A DNA stretch of 49,037 nt from Anaerolineales bacterium. Its GTDB lineage: Bacteria > Chloroflexota > Anaerolineae > Anaerolineales > Villigracilaceae. Shown in pieces: positions 8,542-17,397 of the stretch. The notes under the pieces were generated by a model. That model ran no database searches, was not told the origin of the DNA, and saw only the letters and a program-made list of their open reading frames with translations. The translations under genes and the position numbers were made by a program. The first letter of the stretch is position 1. The number at the start of each line of letters is the position of its first letter. Location of the stretch: NCBI GenBank assembly GCA_027053005.1, contig JALUEF010000073.1, forward strand, positions 1-49,037, in the 5' to 3' direction.

Positions 8542-10602
8542 ATGGCTACTTACACCCTCCCCGAAATAGATTGGCAAGAAATTGCGCGCCTGGTGCTGCG
8601 CTCGCGGGCGTTAGATGAGCTGGAAGAAGGCACGCTTACCCCGCAAAAGAAGGTCAAATATCAGTTTTCCGCCAAAGGGCACGAACTGGCACAGGTCCTT
8701 CTCGGCTGGCATTTGAACCATCCGCACGATGGGGCCACCGTGTACTACCGCTCGCGCCCGCTGATGATGACGCTGGGGCTGAGCCTGCGCGAGGCTCTTG
8801 CCAGCAGCCTGGCCCGCTCGGGGTCGATCACCGAGGGGCGGGATGTGGGCGTGATGTTTGCCTTGCCGCCGCGCCGTGGCGCAACAGTCTTGCCAGCTTC
8901 TGGCGATGTGGGGGCACAATATTCCCCGGCGGCGGGTTGGGCACAGGCCATCCGCTACCGCAGCCAGACGTTGGGAGAGGCCGATTGGCAGGGAGCGCTG
9001 GCTGTGGCCTGTGGCGGCGAAGGTTCGGCAGCGGCCAACGGGTTTTGGGCGGCTTTGAACATCGCCACCACCCGCAATGTGCCCCTGTTGTTCTTCATAG
9101 AAGACAACCGCTTTGCCATTTCCGTCCGCAGCCAGCGGCAGTATCCCGGCGGTGATCTGACCGCCAACCTGGCTTCCTATGGCAACCTGAAAATTTTTAC
9201 AGGCGACGGCACAGACCCGGCCCAGGCCGCCGAGGTTATCCGGGCGGCGGTGACCTACGTCCGCAAGGCCCAGTCTCCGGCCTTGCTGCGTTTGCAGGTT
9301 GTGCGCCTGATGGGGCACACCTTCATCGACAACCAGGCATACAAAACCGCTGCGGAGCGCGAGGCAGAAGCGCGGCGCGATCCCTTGCGCCAGCTGCAAG
9401 ATTTTCTCCCCCACCTGGACTGGCCCGCTTTGCAAAGAGAAGTGACAACCGAACTCCAGGAGGCCCTGTCGGAGGCTGAGGCCCAACCCGAGCCAGACCC
9501 GAAACAGGCAGCCCGTCACCTGTTCTACGAGGTGCCGCAGCAAGTGGGCGGCTTATTGCCCGAGATCCGGCAAGGGGTGTTGCTGCCGATGCCAGCGGGC
9601 AGCCAGGAACCGCGCCCGGCCTCCCCGCAGCGGGTGGGGCTGGTCGAGGCCGTCCGGCGGGTGTTGACGGAAGAGATGTCCCTCAATCCGCGCATCCTGG
9701 TCTTTGGCGAAGACGTGGGACGCAAAGGCGGCGTGCACGGGGCAACGGCGCACTTGCAAAAGCGGTTTGGCGAGGCGCGGGTGTTCGATACCTCGCTCAA
9801 CGAAGACGGCATTATGGGGTCGGCAACGGGCATGGCGCTGGCGGGCTTGCTGCCTGTGCCCGAGATCCAGTTTCGCAAATACGCAGACCCGGCCACCGAA
9901 CAAATCAACGACAACGGCACCATGCGCTGGCGCATGGCGGGAAAATTTGCCGCTCCGGTGGTGTTGCGCATGCCAGTTGGCTTTGCCCGCACCACTGGCG
10001 ACCCCTGGCACTCGGTAACCGCCGAAGCGGTATACGCGCACACGCTGGGCTGGAAGCTGGCCTTTCCCTCCAATGCCGAAGACGCTGCCGGGTTAATGCG
10101 CGCAGCCTTGCGCGGCAACGATCCGGTCATCTTTTTCGAACATCGTGCCTTGCTCGATGCTGCGGAAGCGCGCTGCCCCTACCCGGGACCGGACTATCTT
10201 TTGCCCTTTGGCCGGGCAACCTACCGTTTGCGCGGCGCCGGTCTGACGGTGGTGACCTGGGGGGCGATGGTGTATCGCTGCCTGCAAGCTGCGGAGGCCT
10301 GGCCCGGAGAGATCGACTTGCTCGATCTGCGGACGATCGTACCCTGGGACCAGGAGCGGGTGATGGATTCTGTGCGGCGCACGGGGAAGTTGCTGGTGGT
10401 GCACGAAGACACGCGCACCGGCGGCTTTGCCGCCGAGATCATGGCAGCCGTGACCGAGGAGGCTTTCGAATACCTGGACGGGCCGCCGCGGCGGCTGACG
10501 ACGGCAGATTGCATGATCCCTTACAACGCCGCCTTGATGGACGCCGTTGTGCCCACGGTGGACGCGATCCGCCGGGCAATGGGCGACCTGCTGGCTTATT
10601 GA
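8542..10602 (+). CDS. 2-oxoacid dehydrogenase E1 component, fused alpha+beta subunits (TPP-dependent)
   Basis: ATG 8542. The alpha part has a TPP-binding region 'GGEGSAAANGFWAALNIA...LLFFIEDNRFAIS'. The beta part has 'VFGEDVGRKGGVHGAT' and 'DTSLNEDGIMG', plus a transketolase-C-like tail. Confidence 0.85.
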   Translation: MATYTLPEIDWQEIARLVLRSRALDELEEGTLTPQKKVKYQFSAKGHELAQVLLGWHLNHPHDGATVYYRSRPLMMTLGLSLREALASSLARSGSITEGRDVGVMFALPPRRGATVLPASGDVGAQYSPAAGWAQAIRYRSQTLGEADWQGALAVACGGEGSAAANGFWAALNIATTRNVPLLFFIEDNRFAISVRSQRQYPGGDLTANLASYGNLKIFTGDGTDPAQAAEVIRAAVTYVRKAQSPALLRLQVVRLMGHTFIDNQAYKTAAEREAEARRDPLRQLQDFLPHLDWPALQREVTTELQEALSEAEAQPEPDPKQAARHLFYEVPQQVGGLLPEIRQGVLLPMPAGSQEPRPASPQRVGLVEAVRRVLTEEMSLNPRILVFGEDVGRKGGVHGATAHLQKRFGEARVFDTSLNEDGIMGSATGMALAGLLPVPEIQFRKYADPATEQINDNGTMRWRMAGKFAAPVVLRMPVGFARTTGDPWHSVTAEAVYAHTLGWKLAFPSNAEDAAGLMRAALRGNDPVIFFEHRALLDAAEARCPYPGPDYLLPFGRATYRLRGAGLTVVTWGAMVYRCLQAAEAWPGEIDLLDLRTIVPWDQERVMDSVRRTGKLLVVHEDTRTGGFAAEIMAAVTEEAFEYLDGPPRRLTTADCMIPYNAALMDAVVPTVDAIRRAMGDLLAY

Positions 10603-11480
10603 CCCTCTGGGGAGACAGGGGACGCAGAGCCGAAAGCCTGAGCCAAAAAGCCGTGCACACGCGGCCAAAACTCCGGATGGGTGCAGCAATTGCTGTGCCC
10701 TTTGCCCGGGACGATCCACAGCGTGCTCTGCCCGGGAGGTGCGGCCTGCTGAAGCTGGCGAGCCTGCTCCAGGGAGACCGTCTCGTCCCGCTCGCCATGG
10801 ATGATCAAAAACTGCGCTGCCGCCTGCCCAATGTGGTTGACCGGCGCGATGGCGTCGAGATCTATGCGGTAACGCCATTGCATAAAAGCAAAGAGGAAAC
10901 GGATGATGAAATCTGGCAGGCCTTTTTTCTCCATTTCCCAGCGCATGGTATCGATCGGGTGGCCGATGGCGCCCACCGTGACAACGGCGCGGATTTGCGG
11001 GCAGAGACCAGCGGCGTTGATAGCTGCTCCGCCGCCGATGGACAAGCCCAGGATACCGATCTGCTGCGCGGCCTGCGGCTGCTGGTTTTCCAGGTAGCGG
11101 ACAGCGGCGCAGGTATCTTCGGTAAACGTCCACACCGTCGGGTGGGGAATGCGATCGCTATCGCCGTGGTTGCGGGCATCGAAGGCCAGCAGGTGATACC
11201 CCTGCGCGTGCAACTGGCGGATATGCCGCAACATGCGTTCACGGTTGCGGCTCCAGCCGTGCACCAGCACCAGCGTTGGCCGCCCTGTCTGCCCGGGGAT
11301 CCACCAGGCGGCCAGGCTTTCGCCGCTTTCCAGCGGCAGACGGACTTCCTCGAAGGGGATGTCGTCGTCCGCGGGTGTCCGCCTGGGCGACGTGATTTTG
11401 TAAGCGTACATGCGTTCCATCAACCGATCGATCAGCAGCAAGCCGAGAATCAGCCCTGCCAGCAGCCATAACCAGGCCAT
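10596..11480 (-). CDS. alpha/beta hydrolase with N-terminal membrane anchor
   Basis: RBS AGGAGGAA. 'VLVHGWSRN', nucleophile elbow 'GLSIGGG', 'IIHGERDETV'. Confidence 0.8.
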   Translation of the reverse strand: MAWLWLLAGLILGLLLIDRLMERMYAYKITSPRRTPADDDIPFEEVRLPLESGESLAAWWIPGQTGRPTLVLVHGWSRNRERMLRHIRQLHAQGYHLLAFDARNHGDSDRIPHPTVWTFTEDTCAAVRYLENQQPQAAQQIGILGLSIGGGAAINAAGLCPQIRAVVTVGAIGHPIDTMRWEMEKKGLPDFIIRFLFAFMQWRYRIDLDAIAPVNHIGQAAAQFLIIHGERDETVSLEQARQLQQAAPPGQSTLWIVPGKGHSNCCTHPEFWPRVHGFLAQAFGSASPVSPEGQ

Positions 11481-11489
11481 GTTTTCCTC

Positions 11490-11819
11490 CTAGCGATGAT
11501 CGCCATCCCCGCGGATGACGCCGCGAGATTGCCGATCGGCAAGTTTGGCGATGTTGTAGCGGGCGATCTCCTCGAGGCTGAAGCCCAGTTCCGTGGCGAT
11601 CTGGGTCAGATACCAGAGCACGTCGCCCAGCTCGGCTTTCAAATCCTCGCGGATCGTTTCATCCAGCTGGCCGTTGCGGTCGCGGAAGAGTTTTTTGATC
11701 TTCCCGGCCACCTCGCCGGCTTCATTGGTCAGCCCAAGGGTGGGGTAAACGATCGGGTGCCCGATGGCCGGATATTTGGCCGTGCGGCGCGAAAGGCGCT
11801 GGTATTCGGCAAAATCCAT
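11490..11819 (-). CDS. MazG-like nucleotide pyrophosphohydrolase
   Basis: 'TNEAGEVAGKIKK' and 'ELGDVLWYLTQIA' are EExxE/D-type MazG motifs. Length is 109 aa. Confidence 0.85.
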   Translation of the reverse strand: MDFAEYQRLSRRTAKYPAIGHPIVYPTLGLTNEAGEVAGKIKKLFRDRNGQLDETIREDLKAELGDVLWYLTQIATELGFSLEEIARYNIAKLADRQSRGVIRGDGDHR

Positions 11820-11821
11820 GG

Positions 11822-12829
11822 TTAGCCTCCGTGAAAGGCTGTGAGCAATGTCTTCCAGAAGTCATCGCGCTGCCCGGGGACAAAGGGGGCGTAGAGCGTC
11901 AGCCGATCGGCCAGCCCCTGGTAGCGGGAATACAGCGCATCGGCCAACGCCGCAGCGTTGGGGGCGCGGGTGACGAAGGCGTCTAGCATTTCGTCGCTGA
12001 TCAGGGCGGGCATTTGTTCCCATTGGCCGCGGGCGGCCAGGGCCGAGAGTTGTGCGGCGGTTTCCTCCCAGCCGTGCAGCTTCATCACGCGTCGGTAAGA
12101 GGGGGTAGAAGCGTAAAAGGCAATTTGCTCACGGGCAAAGGCCAGTTCTTGTTCATCCAGCGCGGTGAAAACCGTGACCGAAAGAGCTACTTGCTGGCGG
12201 CTGCGCCCGGTTTTTTGGGCGCCCTTTTCTATCGCCGGCAGGATGACCTCTTGCAGGTAGCGCGGAGAATGGAAGGGGTGCGCCAGGAAGCCATCGCAGA
12301 CTTCGCCGGCCAGCCGCGCCAGCCCGGTGTTGACGCCGGCGATGTAGATGGGGATATCTGGATGTTCTACCGGCCCCGGATGGAAGAACGGAGACATCAA
12401 GGTGATTTGATAATGTTCACTGCGGTAATTGAGCTTTCCGCCGTGCTGCCAGTGATGCCAGAGGGCGCGGATGGCGCCGATCTGGTCGCGGAGCTTGCCG
12501 ACGACGGAATCGGGCCAGTCCATGCCGAAACGACGGGTGATGTGTCCTTTGACTTGCGTACCCAGGCCAAGGATAAAGCGCCCTGCGGAAGCCTGCGCCA
12601 GGTCCCAGGCTGTGTAGGCCAGGTCTCCCGGCGAGCGGGCAAAAGCAATGGCAACCGCGGTGCCCATTGCCAGTCGACGGGTATGTTTGGCGATCAGGGC
12701 GTGTGGCAGGAAGGGGTTGTGTTTGGTTTCGCTTGTCCACAGGCCATCGAAGCCAAAGTCTTCGGCAGCGCGGGCGACCGGCGGCACGTTGCCCAGGGGC
12801 ATGGGCGGCAGGGCGGCATCGAGTTTCAT
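11822..12829 (-). CDS. LLM-class (luciferase-like) F420-dependent oxidoreductase
   Basis: ATG 12829 follows GAAGGAG. 'AEDFGFDGLWTSETKHNPF' and 'GLGTQVKGHITRRFG' are typical of LLM/F420 enzymes. Confidence 0.85.
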   Translation of the reverse strand: MKLDAALPPMPLGNVPPVARAAEDFGFDGLWTSETKHNPFLPHALIAKHTRRLAMGTAVAIAFARSPGDLAYTAWDLAQASAGRFILGLGTQVKGHITRRFGMDWPDSVVGKLRDQIGAIRALWHHWQHGGKLNYRSEHYQITLMSPFFHPGPVEHPDIPIYIAGVNTGLARLAGEVCDGFLAHPFHSPRYLQEVILPAIEKGAQKTGRSRQQVALSVTVFTALDEQELAFAREQIAFYASTPSYRRVMKLHGWEETAAQLSALAARGQWEQMPALISDEMLDAFVTRAPNAAALADALYSRYQGLADRLTLYAPFVPGQRDDFWKTLLTAFHGG

Positions 12830-12840
12830 GGCAGGCTCCT

Positions 12841-13887
12841 TCAATTCAGCAGGTAGGCCAAAAGCCAGCGCGCGGTGGCTTCCAGCGCCTGGCTGTGGGT
12901 GCGTTCATAATTATGCGAGGCATCCACCCCGGGGCCAATGAGGGCGACGGCCACATCGGCGCCGGCACGCCAGAGGGCTTCGCCGTCCGAACCGTAATAG
13001 GGGTAGAGGTCGGCTTTCCAGGGGATCTCATACTGCGCGGCCAGTTTGCGCAAGCGGTTGGAAAGGCCGTGATGGTAAGGCCCGCCGCTATCTTTGAGGC
13101 AGAGCGTAGCGTGGAACTCATCCGAGGTTTGCCCCTCGCCGACGGCGGCCATATCCACCGCCACCAGTTCGTGAATCTCCGTGGGCAAGCCGGCGGCGGC
13201 GCCATGGCCGACTTCATCCTAGTTGCTGATCAGGATGTAGGTGGTTTGGGCGGGCGGTTGGCCGGCATCGGTCAGGGCTTTGGCGGCGGCCAGGATAGCC
13301 GCCACGCCGGCCTTGTCGTCCAGGTGACGCGAGCGGACGAAGCCTTCGGTCATTTCCACGCGCGGGTCGAAGACTACATAATCGCCGACCTGGATGCCCA
13401 GGGCACGGGTCTCTTCGGCGGAAGAGGTGCGCGCGTCGAGCCGAACTTCCATGTGGTCATCATCCCGCGGGCTGTCTTTGGTTGCGGCGCCATAGACATG
13501 AACAGAGGCCGTTGTGAGAAGCAGGCTGCCGCGGATCCGCTGGCCGCTTTGAGTATAAACCCAGCAGCCTTCGCCTTCAACGAAATTCCAGGGGAAGCCG
13601 CCAATTTTGCTCACCTTCAGGCGTCCATTGGCTTTAATTTCGCGCACCATGGCACCCAGGGTGTCCACGTGGGCAGTCAGGGCACGGGGCACATCGTTCT
13701 TTTCTCCCGGCAAGGTGACCAGCAGCGCACCTTTACGCGTGCGGCGGGTTTCCAGGTGCAGCGCCCGAAAGGCAGACTCGGCCAGCGCAATGGCCGCCCC
13801 GGTGAACCCGGTGGGCGAGGGAGTATTGAGCAAATTGACGAGAAAATCCAGCATGTATTCGGTGTCGAGTGGAGGGAGTTTGCGCAT
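12841..13887 (-). pseudogene. M42-family aminopeptidase/glutamyl aminopeptidase-like gene interrupted by one in-frame TAG
   Basis: ORFs 13219-13887 and 12841-13188 are in the same frame. The only interruption is TAG at 13219-13221: '...TYILISN*DEVGHGAAAG...', just before the conserved acidic-pair/Gly motif. Confidence 0.75.
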
Positions 13888-13914
13888 CGGTTGGTTCCTT
13901 TCTCGGAGGCAGTT

Positions 13915-14343
13915 TCAGCGTTCTGGCAGACCTTCGAAGCGTTGAATGACCTGGCGCCAGTGTTGTGGGATGGGAATGGTGGCGCCGCTGTGGTAATCAA
14001 AGGTCACCAAAACGGTGCTTCCCTCGGCCAGGACGGTTTGATCGGCGGAGAGATACAGCCGGTACGCCATGTCCATGCTTTTGTTGCCCAGGCGGGTGAT
14101 GGCAACCGCAACCCGCACATCCTGCCCAAAGTGAATCGGCTGGCGGTAGGTGATCTCGGCGGAAGCCAGGATGATGCCGATCTCCAGGAACGATTGTTCC
14201 GGGGAGAAAAGCCCCAGATGCATGAGATAGTGCAGGCGGCCATGTTCAAAATAGGTCAGGTAAGCGGCGTTGTTGACGTGGCCTTGCGGGTCCAGGTCTC
14301 CATAACGCACATGGATGGGATGAGAGAATTTAAAGGCGTTCAT
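13915..14343 (-). CDS. acyl-CoA thioesterase, 4HBT/YbgC-like hotdog fold
   Basis: 'HPIHVRYGDLDPQGHVNNAAYLTYFEHGR'. I prefer ATG 14343 because the alternative at 14373 lies inside a terminator stem. Confidence 0.8.
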   Translation of the reverse strand: MNAFKFSHPIHVRYGDLDPQGHVNNAAYLTYFEHGRLHYLMHLGLFSPEQSFLEIGIILASAEITYRQPIHFGQDVRVAVAITRLGNKSMDMAYRLYLSADQTVLAEGSTVLVTFDYHSGATIPIPQHWRQVIQRFEGLPER

Positions 14344-14358
14344 GCAGCGATTATAGCG

Positions 14359-14400
14359 CAAAACCGGCTGCACCCGCGACTGTTCATCGCGGGTGCAGCC
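14359..14400 (-). terminator. intrinsic terminator after the PQQ-dehydrogenase/small-protein unit
   Basis: 13-14-bp perfect stem (14366-14379 / 14387-14400), 7-nt loop. On the minus strand it is followed by 'ggttttg'. Confidence 0.6.
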
Positions 14401-14466
14401 TGACCAACTCAGAGGGAGGAGAGAGAGTCTGTCAATCCGGGTGGAGGAGGTGAACCACCCAGGATG

Positions 14467-14691
14467 TCAGTCGTCCAATGGATTGTACAACGGATGGGTG
14501 CCGGCCCACACACAGGAGGGCGTATCGCGCAAATTGCATTCCAGGTGATGGGAACAGCGGCGCGCGCGCCGCCGCGGCGGCTGTTCGGGCAGGTGATCGG
14601 CGGGGAAGACCAGTTCGCTTTCAATCCGCACCCGCTGCCCGATGTGCTCACATTCGAATTCGCGGTCGGTAACCCAGGCAATGGTAGCCAT
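14467..14691 (-). CDS. 74-aa Cys/His-containing hypothetical protein
   Basis: ATG 14691 lies 7 nt after a strong AAGGAGG. 'MATIAWVTDREFECEH...RRCSHHLECN...PSCVW'. No family recognised. Confidence 0.55.
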   Translation of the reverse strand: MATIAWVTDREFECEHIGQRVRIESELVFPADHLPEQPPRRRARRCSHHLECNLRDTPSCVWAGTHPLYNPLDD

Positions 14692-14808
14692 TTGGCGCCT
14701 CCTTTGTGTGCGCAAGTGTATTGTAGAAAACATTCACCCGTTTTTCCAGTGACAGGCGTCATCTTTTGGCGGAGGAAGCCTCGCAGTGCGTATGACGAAT
14801 TTCCTGCT

Positions 14809-16107
14809 TTAGGGCGCCGGCACCAGTTTGAGCACCTGCCCCCGATAATCGACCAGGTACACTTCTCCGGAGGGGTCCTGGCCGAAAGAAGCGATATTAC
14901 CCAAAGAGGCATAGAGCAGGCGGTTTTCCCAGGTTCCCGCGTCGGTGCGGCGCAACCCCCAAACGTGCCCGCTGCAAAAATCGCTGTAGAGATACAGGCC
15001 CTGCCATTCGGGGGGCAGGTCGCTGCCGCGATAGACCACGCCGCCGGTGATCGAGCAGCCCTGGTCGTGGCCGTATTCGTATACGGGGAAGATGAGGCCG
15101 GCGTCTTCGGGCGGCTGCCCTTCGAACGGGTGGCTGCCTTCGTAGTAATCCCAGCCGAAGTTGTACGGCGGGGGCGCTCCAGCGGGGAGGTAATCGACCT
15201 CTTCCCATTTTTCTTGCCCCACATCGGCGATGTACAGATCGCCGGTGGCCGGGTCGAAGGTGAAGCGCCAGGGGTTACGCAACCCCCAGGCCCACACTTC
15301 GGCGCGTCCTCCGCCGTGGGTAAAGGGGTTGTCTGCCGGGATGGCGTAAGGCTGCCCGCTGTGAACGTCTATGCGAAGAATCTTGCCCAGCAGGCTGTTG
15401 GTGTTTTGGGCGTTGCCGTGCGGGTCGGCACGGTAACCGCCATCGCCGAGGGCGATGTAAAGGTAACCGTCGGGGCCGAAGGCCAGGCCGCCGCCGTTGT
15501 GGTTGGCGTAGGGCTGGCTGATGTGCAGCAGGCGCGTCTCGCTGGCCGGATCAGCTTGTGTGGGGGTGGCCCGCTGGTAGCGGGCGATGACGGTGTTGCC
15601 GTCGCGGTCGGTGTAGTTGAGGTAAAAAAAGCCGTTTTCCGCATAAGCCGGGTCGAAAGCCAGCCCGAGCAGCCCTTGTTCACCACCCTCGGTGCCGACG
15701 CGGTCGCGGATGTCCAGGAAGGGCGTCGGTTGCAGGCTGCCATCGGCTTCCGCCAGGCGAATGAGGCCGTCTTGCTCGAGGACGAAGAGCCAGCCGCTGC
15801 CATCGGGCGGCGATTGGAGGTCCACCGGACGGTTCAACCCCTGGATGAGCGGCTCCCATTGTGCGCTTTCGGGCTGAGGAAAGGCCTGGGAGGCGGCGGT
15901 AGCCGTCGGACTGGGGACAGGGGTTGCCGTTTGTTCCGTGGGCAGGGATGCGGATGGGCTGGCCGCTGGCAGCGCCGTGTGAACGGGTGGGGTGTAGGTT
16001 GTCAGCGGTGCGCCGCCGGGATCGCGCCGCCGTTGCAGCAGCCAGCCGAGCAGCATCAGCAGCAAAGCCAGGGCGATGAGTTTAAGCAAGAGACGGCGTG
16101 AGGGCAT
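14809..16107 (-). CDS. PQQ-dependent sugar (glucose/sorbosone) dehydrogenase, membrane-anchored
   Basis: N-terminal TM plus a PT-rich linker. 'ANHNGGGLAFGPDGYLYIALGDGG' and 'GLRNPWRFTFD' are typical of the soluble aldose dehydrogenase family. Confidence 0.9.
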   Translation of the reverse strand: MPSRRLLLKLIALALLLMLLGWLLQRRRDPGGAPLTTYTPPVHTALPAASPSASLPTEQTATPVPSPTATAASQAFPQPESAQWEPLIQGLNRPVDLQSPPDGSGWLFVLEQDGLIRLAEADGSLQPTPFLDIRDRVGTEGGEQGLLGLAFDPAYAENGFFYLNYTDRDGNTVIARYQRATPTQADPASETRLLHISQPYANHNGGGLAFGPDGYLYIALGDGGYRADPHGNAQNTNSLLGKILRIDVHSGQPYAIPADNPFTHGGGRAEVWAWGLRNPWRFTFDPATGDLYIADVGQEKWEEVDYLPAGAPPPYNFGWDYYEGSHPFEGQPPEDAGLIFPVYEYGHDQGCSITGGVVYRGSDLPPEWQGLYLYSDFCSGHVWGLRRTDAGTWENRLLYASLGNIASFGQDPSGEVYLVDYRGQVLKLVPAP

Positions 16108-16110
16108 GGC

Positions 16111-16479
16111 TTACCCCTCGTCTGGGTCGCGGATTTCTCCGTCGATCACTTCGGGCGGGGGCGATGCATCATCGTCCGGGGGCAGCAGCCCTAACGCCCG
16201 CTTGTGTTCAGCAACGACGTGAGGCGGGCTGAGTTCGATGAATAGATTGACGCCCAGCCAGAGAATGGCGGCGTCGTCCAGCGCACCGATGACGGGCAAG
16301 GCCATGCCGGGCGCCAGGTCCAGGGGCCAGGCCAGGTACGCCAGCGAGCCAATGGGCAAAATCTTCAACAAAGCCGGAACGCGCGCGTCTTGAAACAGCC
16401 GCCACACCAGGCGGATGCGCTGCGCCAGTTCACGAATGGCGCTGATATTTTGCGGGGGTTGGAATGGTTGTTGAGACAT
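16111..16479 (-). CDS. DUF1232 (YkvA-like) membrane protein
   Basis: RBS AGGAGGAA. 'LAYLAWPLDLAPGMALPVIGALDDAAILWLG' is the DUF1232 core. Confidence 0.8.
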   Translation of the reverse strand: MSQQPFQPPQNISAIRELAQRIRLVWRLFQDARVPALLKILPIGSLAYLAWPLDLAPGMALPVIGALDDAAILWLGVNLFIELSPPHVVAEHKRALGLLPPDDDASPPPEVIDGEIRDPDEG

Positions 16480-16664
16480 GTTCCTCCTGCCATGATTATA
16501 TAAGCATTTTTGTTTTTACACGGCACCCCAAAGACGGGGAACACGGCGTTTTCCTGCGATCGCCGGGCGTTGCTTATCAGGTCGTTCACGCAACCATGCT
16601 TTTTTGTGCACTCCCCGAAGACGCGGAGAAAACGCCCCGCACCTTTGGCCTGCCCCGGCGGGGG

Positions 16665-17084
16665 TCAGCTTGTTTCCCAGGCATTGAGCAAACGCGGGAT
16701 TTCAGCAGCGATTTGGTCGCGCACCTGGCGGAAGGCCTCCAGCACCTCGGCTTCGGCGCCCTCCGCTGCGGCAGGATCAGGATACCCGCTGTGCAGACGT
16801 TCCCCTTTTCCCAGCCATACCGGACAAGTCTCGGCGGCGTGATCGCAGACGGTGATGACGACATCAAAATCCATTCCCCGAAAGACATCCGCGTGTTTGG
16901 GCGCCCCTTGATGAAAGAGGCCGATCTCTCGCAGAACCTGTATGGTCAGCGGGTGCACACGGTCAGCGGGCGCAGTTCCCGCGCTAAAGGCCTGCCAGCG
17001 TCCGCCCATCTCGTGGTTGACAATGGCCTCTGCCATTTGCGAGCGACAGGAATTGCCGGTACAGAGAAACAAGACCTTATACAT
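16665..17084 (-). CDS. arsC: arsenate reductase, thioredoxin-coupled LMW-PTPase type
   Basis: 'MYKVLFLCTGNSCRSQMAE' (CX5R P-loop), 'VITVCD' and 'ETCPVW'. 139 aa from ATG 17084. Confidence 0.85.
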   Translation of the reverse strand: MYKVLFLCTGNSCRSQMAEAIVNHEMGGRWQAFSAGTAPADRVHPLTIQVLREIGLFHQGAPKHADVFRGMDFDVVITVCDHAAETCPVWLGKGERLHSGYPDPAAAEGAEAEVLEAFRQVRDQIAAEIPRLLNAWETS

Positions 17085-17140
17085 TGCCTGGGCAACCTCC
17101 TTGCCAACCATTGTATCAGAGACGGGGCGCATTTTTTCAA

Positions 17141-17288
17141 CCTGAGTTTCGGATAAGAAGGCTTTATCCAAACTGTCATTGCGAGCCGCCGTAGGCGGCG
17201 TGGCAATCCCCTGGATGGCTGGGCGGGAGATGGCTTCGGGCGCTCTGCACCCTCGCCATGACGCTGCTCATCGTTATCCGCAATTCAG
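17141..17288 (+). repeat. MITE-like nested palindromic repeat, family A, copy 1
   Basis: Terminal inverted repeats 'cctgagtttcggataag...cgttatccgcaattcag'. Internal long hairpin 'gtcattgcgag...ctcgccatgac'. Homologous to 31601-31749 and, inverted, to 48869-49017. Confidence 0.8.
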
Positions 17289-17397
17289 TTTTTTAATGTG
17301 CCGTTATCTTAAAACCTGAATAGAGAAGCAAGGCTACGTGCTATAATCACACGCGTACTTATCTTGCCCCCCTCTCCAATTCACGAGAAAGATCCCC

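Noticed and set aside
13219-13221. In-frame TAG as programmed recoding (pyrrolysine-type) rather than a mutation
   Set aside because: There are no pyl genes, suppressor tRNA or recoding signal in the window, and the expected residue at this position is an ordinary Gln/Glu. It is kept only as a nonsense mutation or error hypothesis.
12667-16101. Long plus-strand ORFs (12667-14403, 578 aa; 14464-16101, 545 aa) opposite the M42/thioesterase/PQQ-dehydrogenase genes
   Set aside because: These are shadow ORFs of well-supported minus-strand genes, with low-complexity G/A/R/V composition. The same reasoning rejects 41735-43315 (+), 17359-18399 (-), 19129-20280 (-), 27959-29236 (-), 6361-7392 (-) and 10093-11133 (-).
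16480-16664. 185-bp gap between arsC and the DUF1232 gene, considered as a small RNA or riboswitch
   Set aside because: It holds only short, imperfect stems and a plausible TATAAT for the downstream gene. No conserved riboswitch-like architecture is recognisable by eye.
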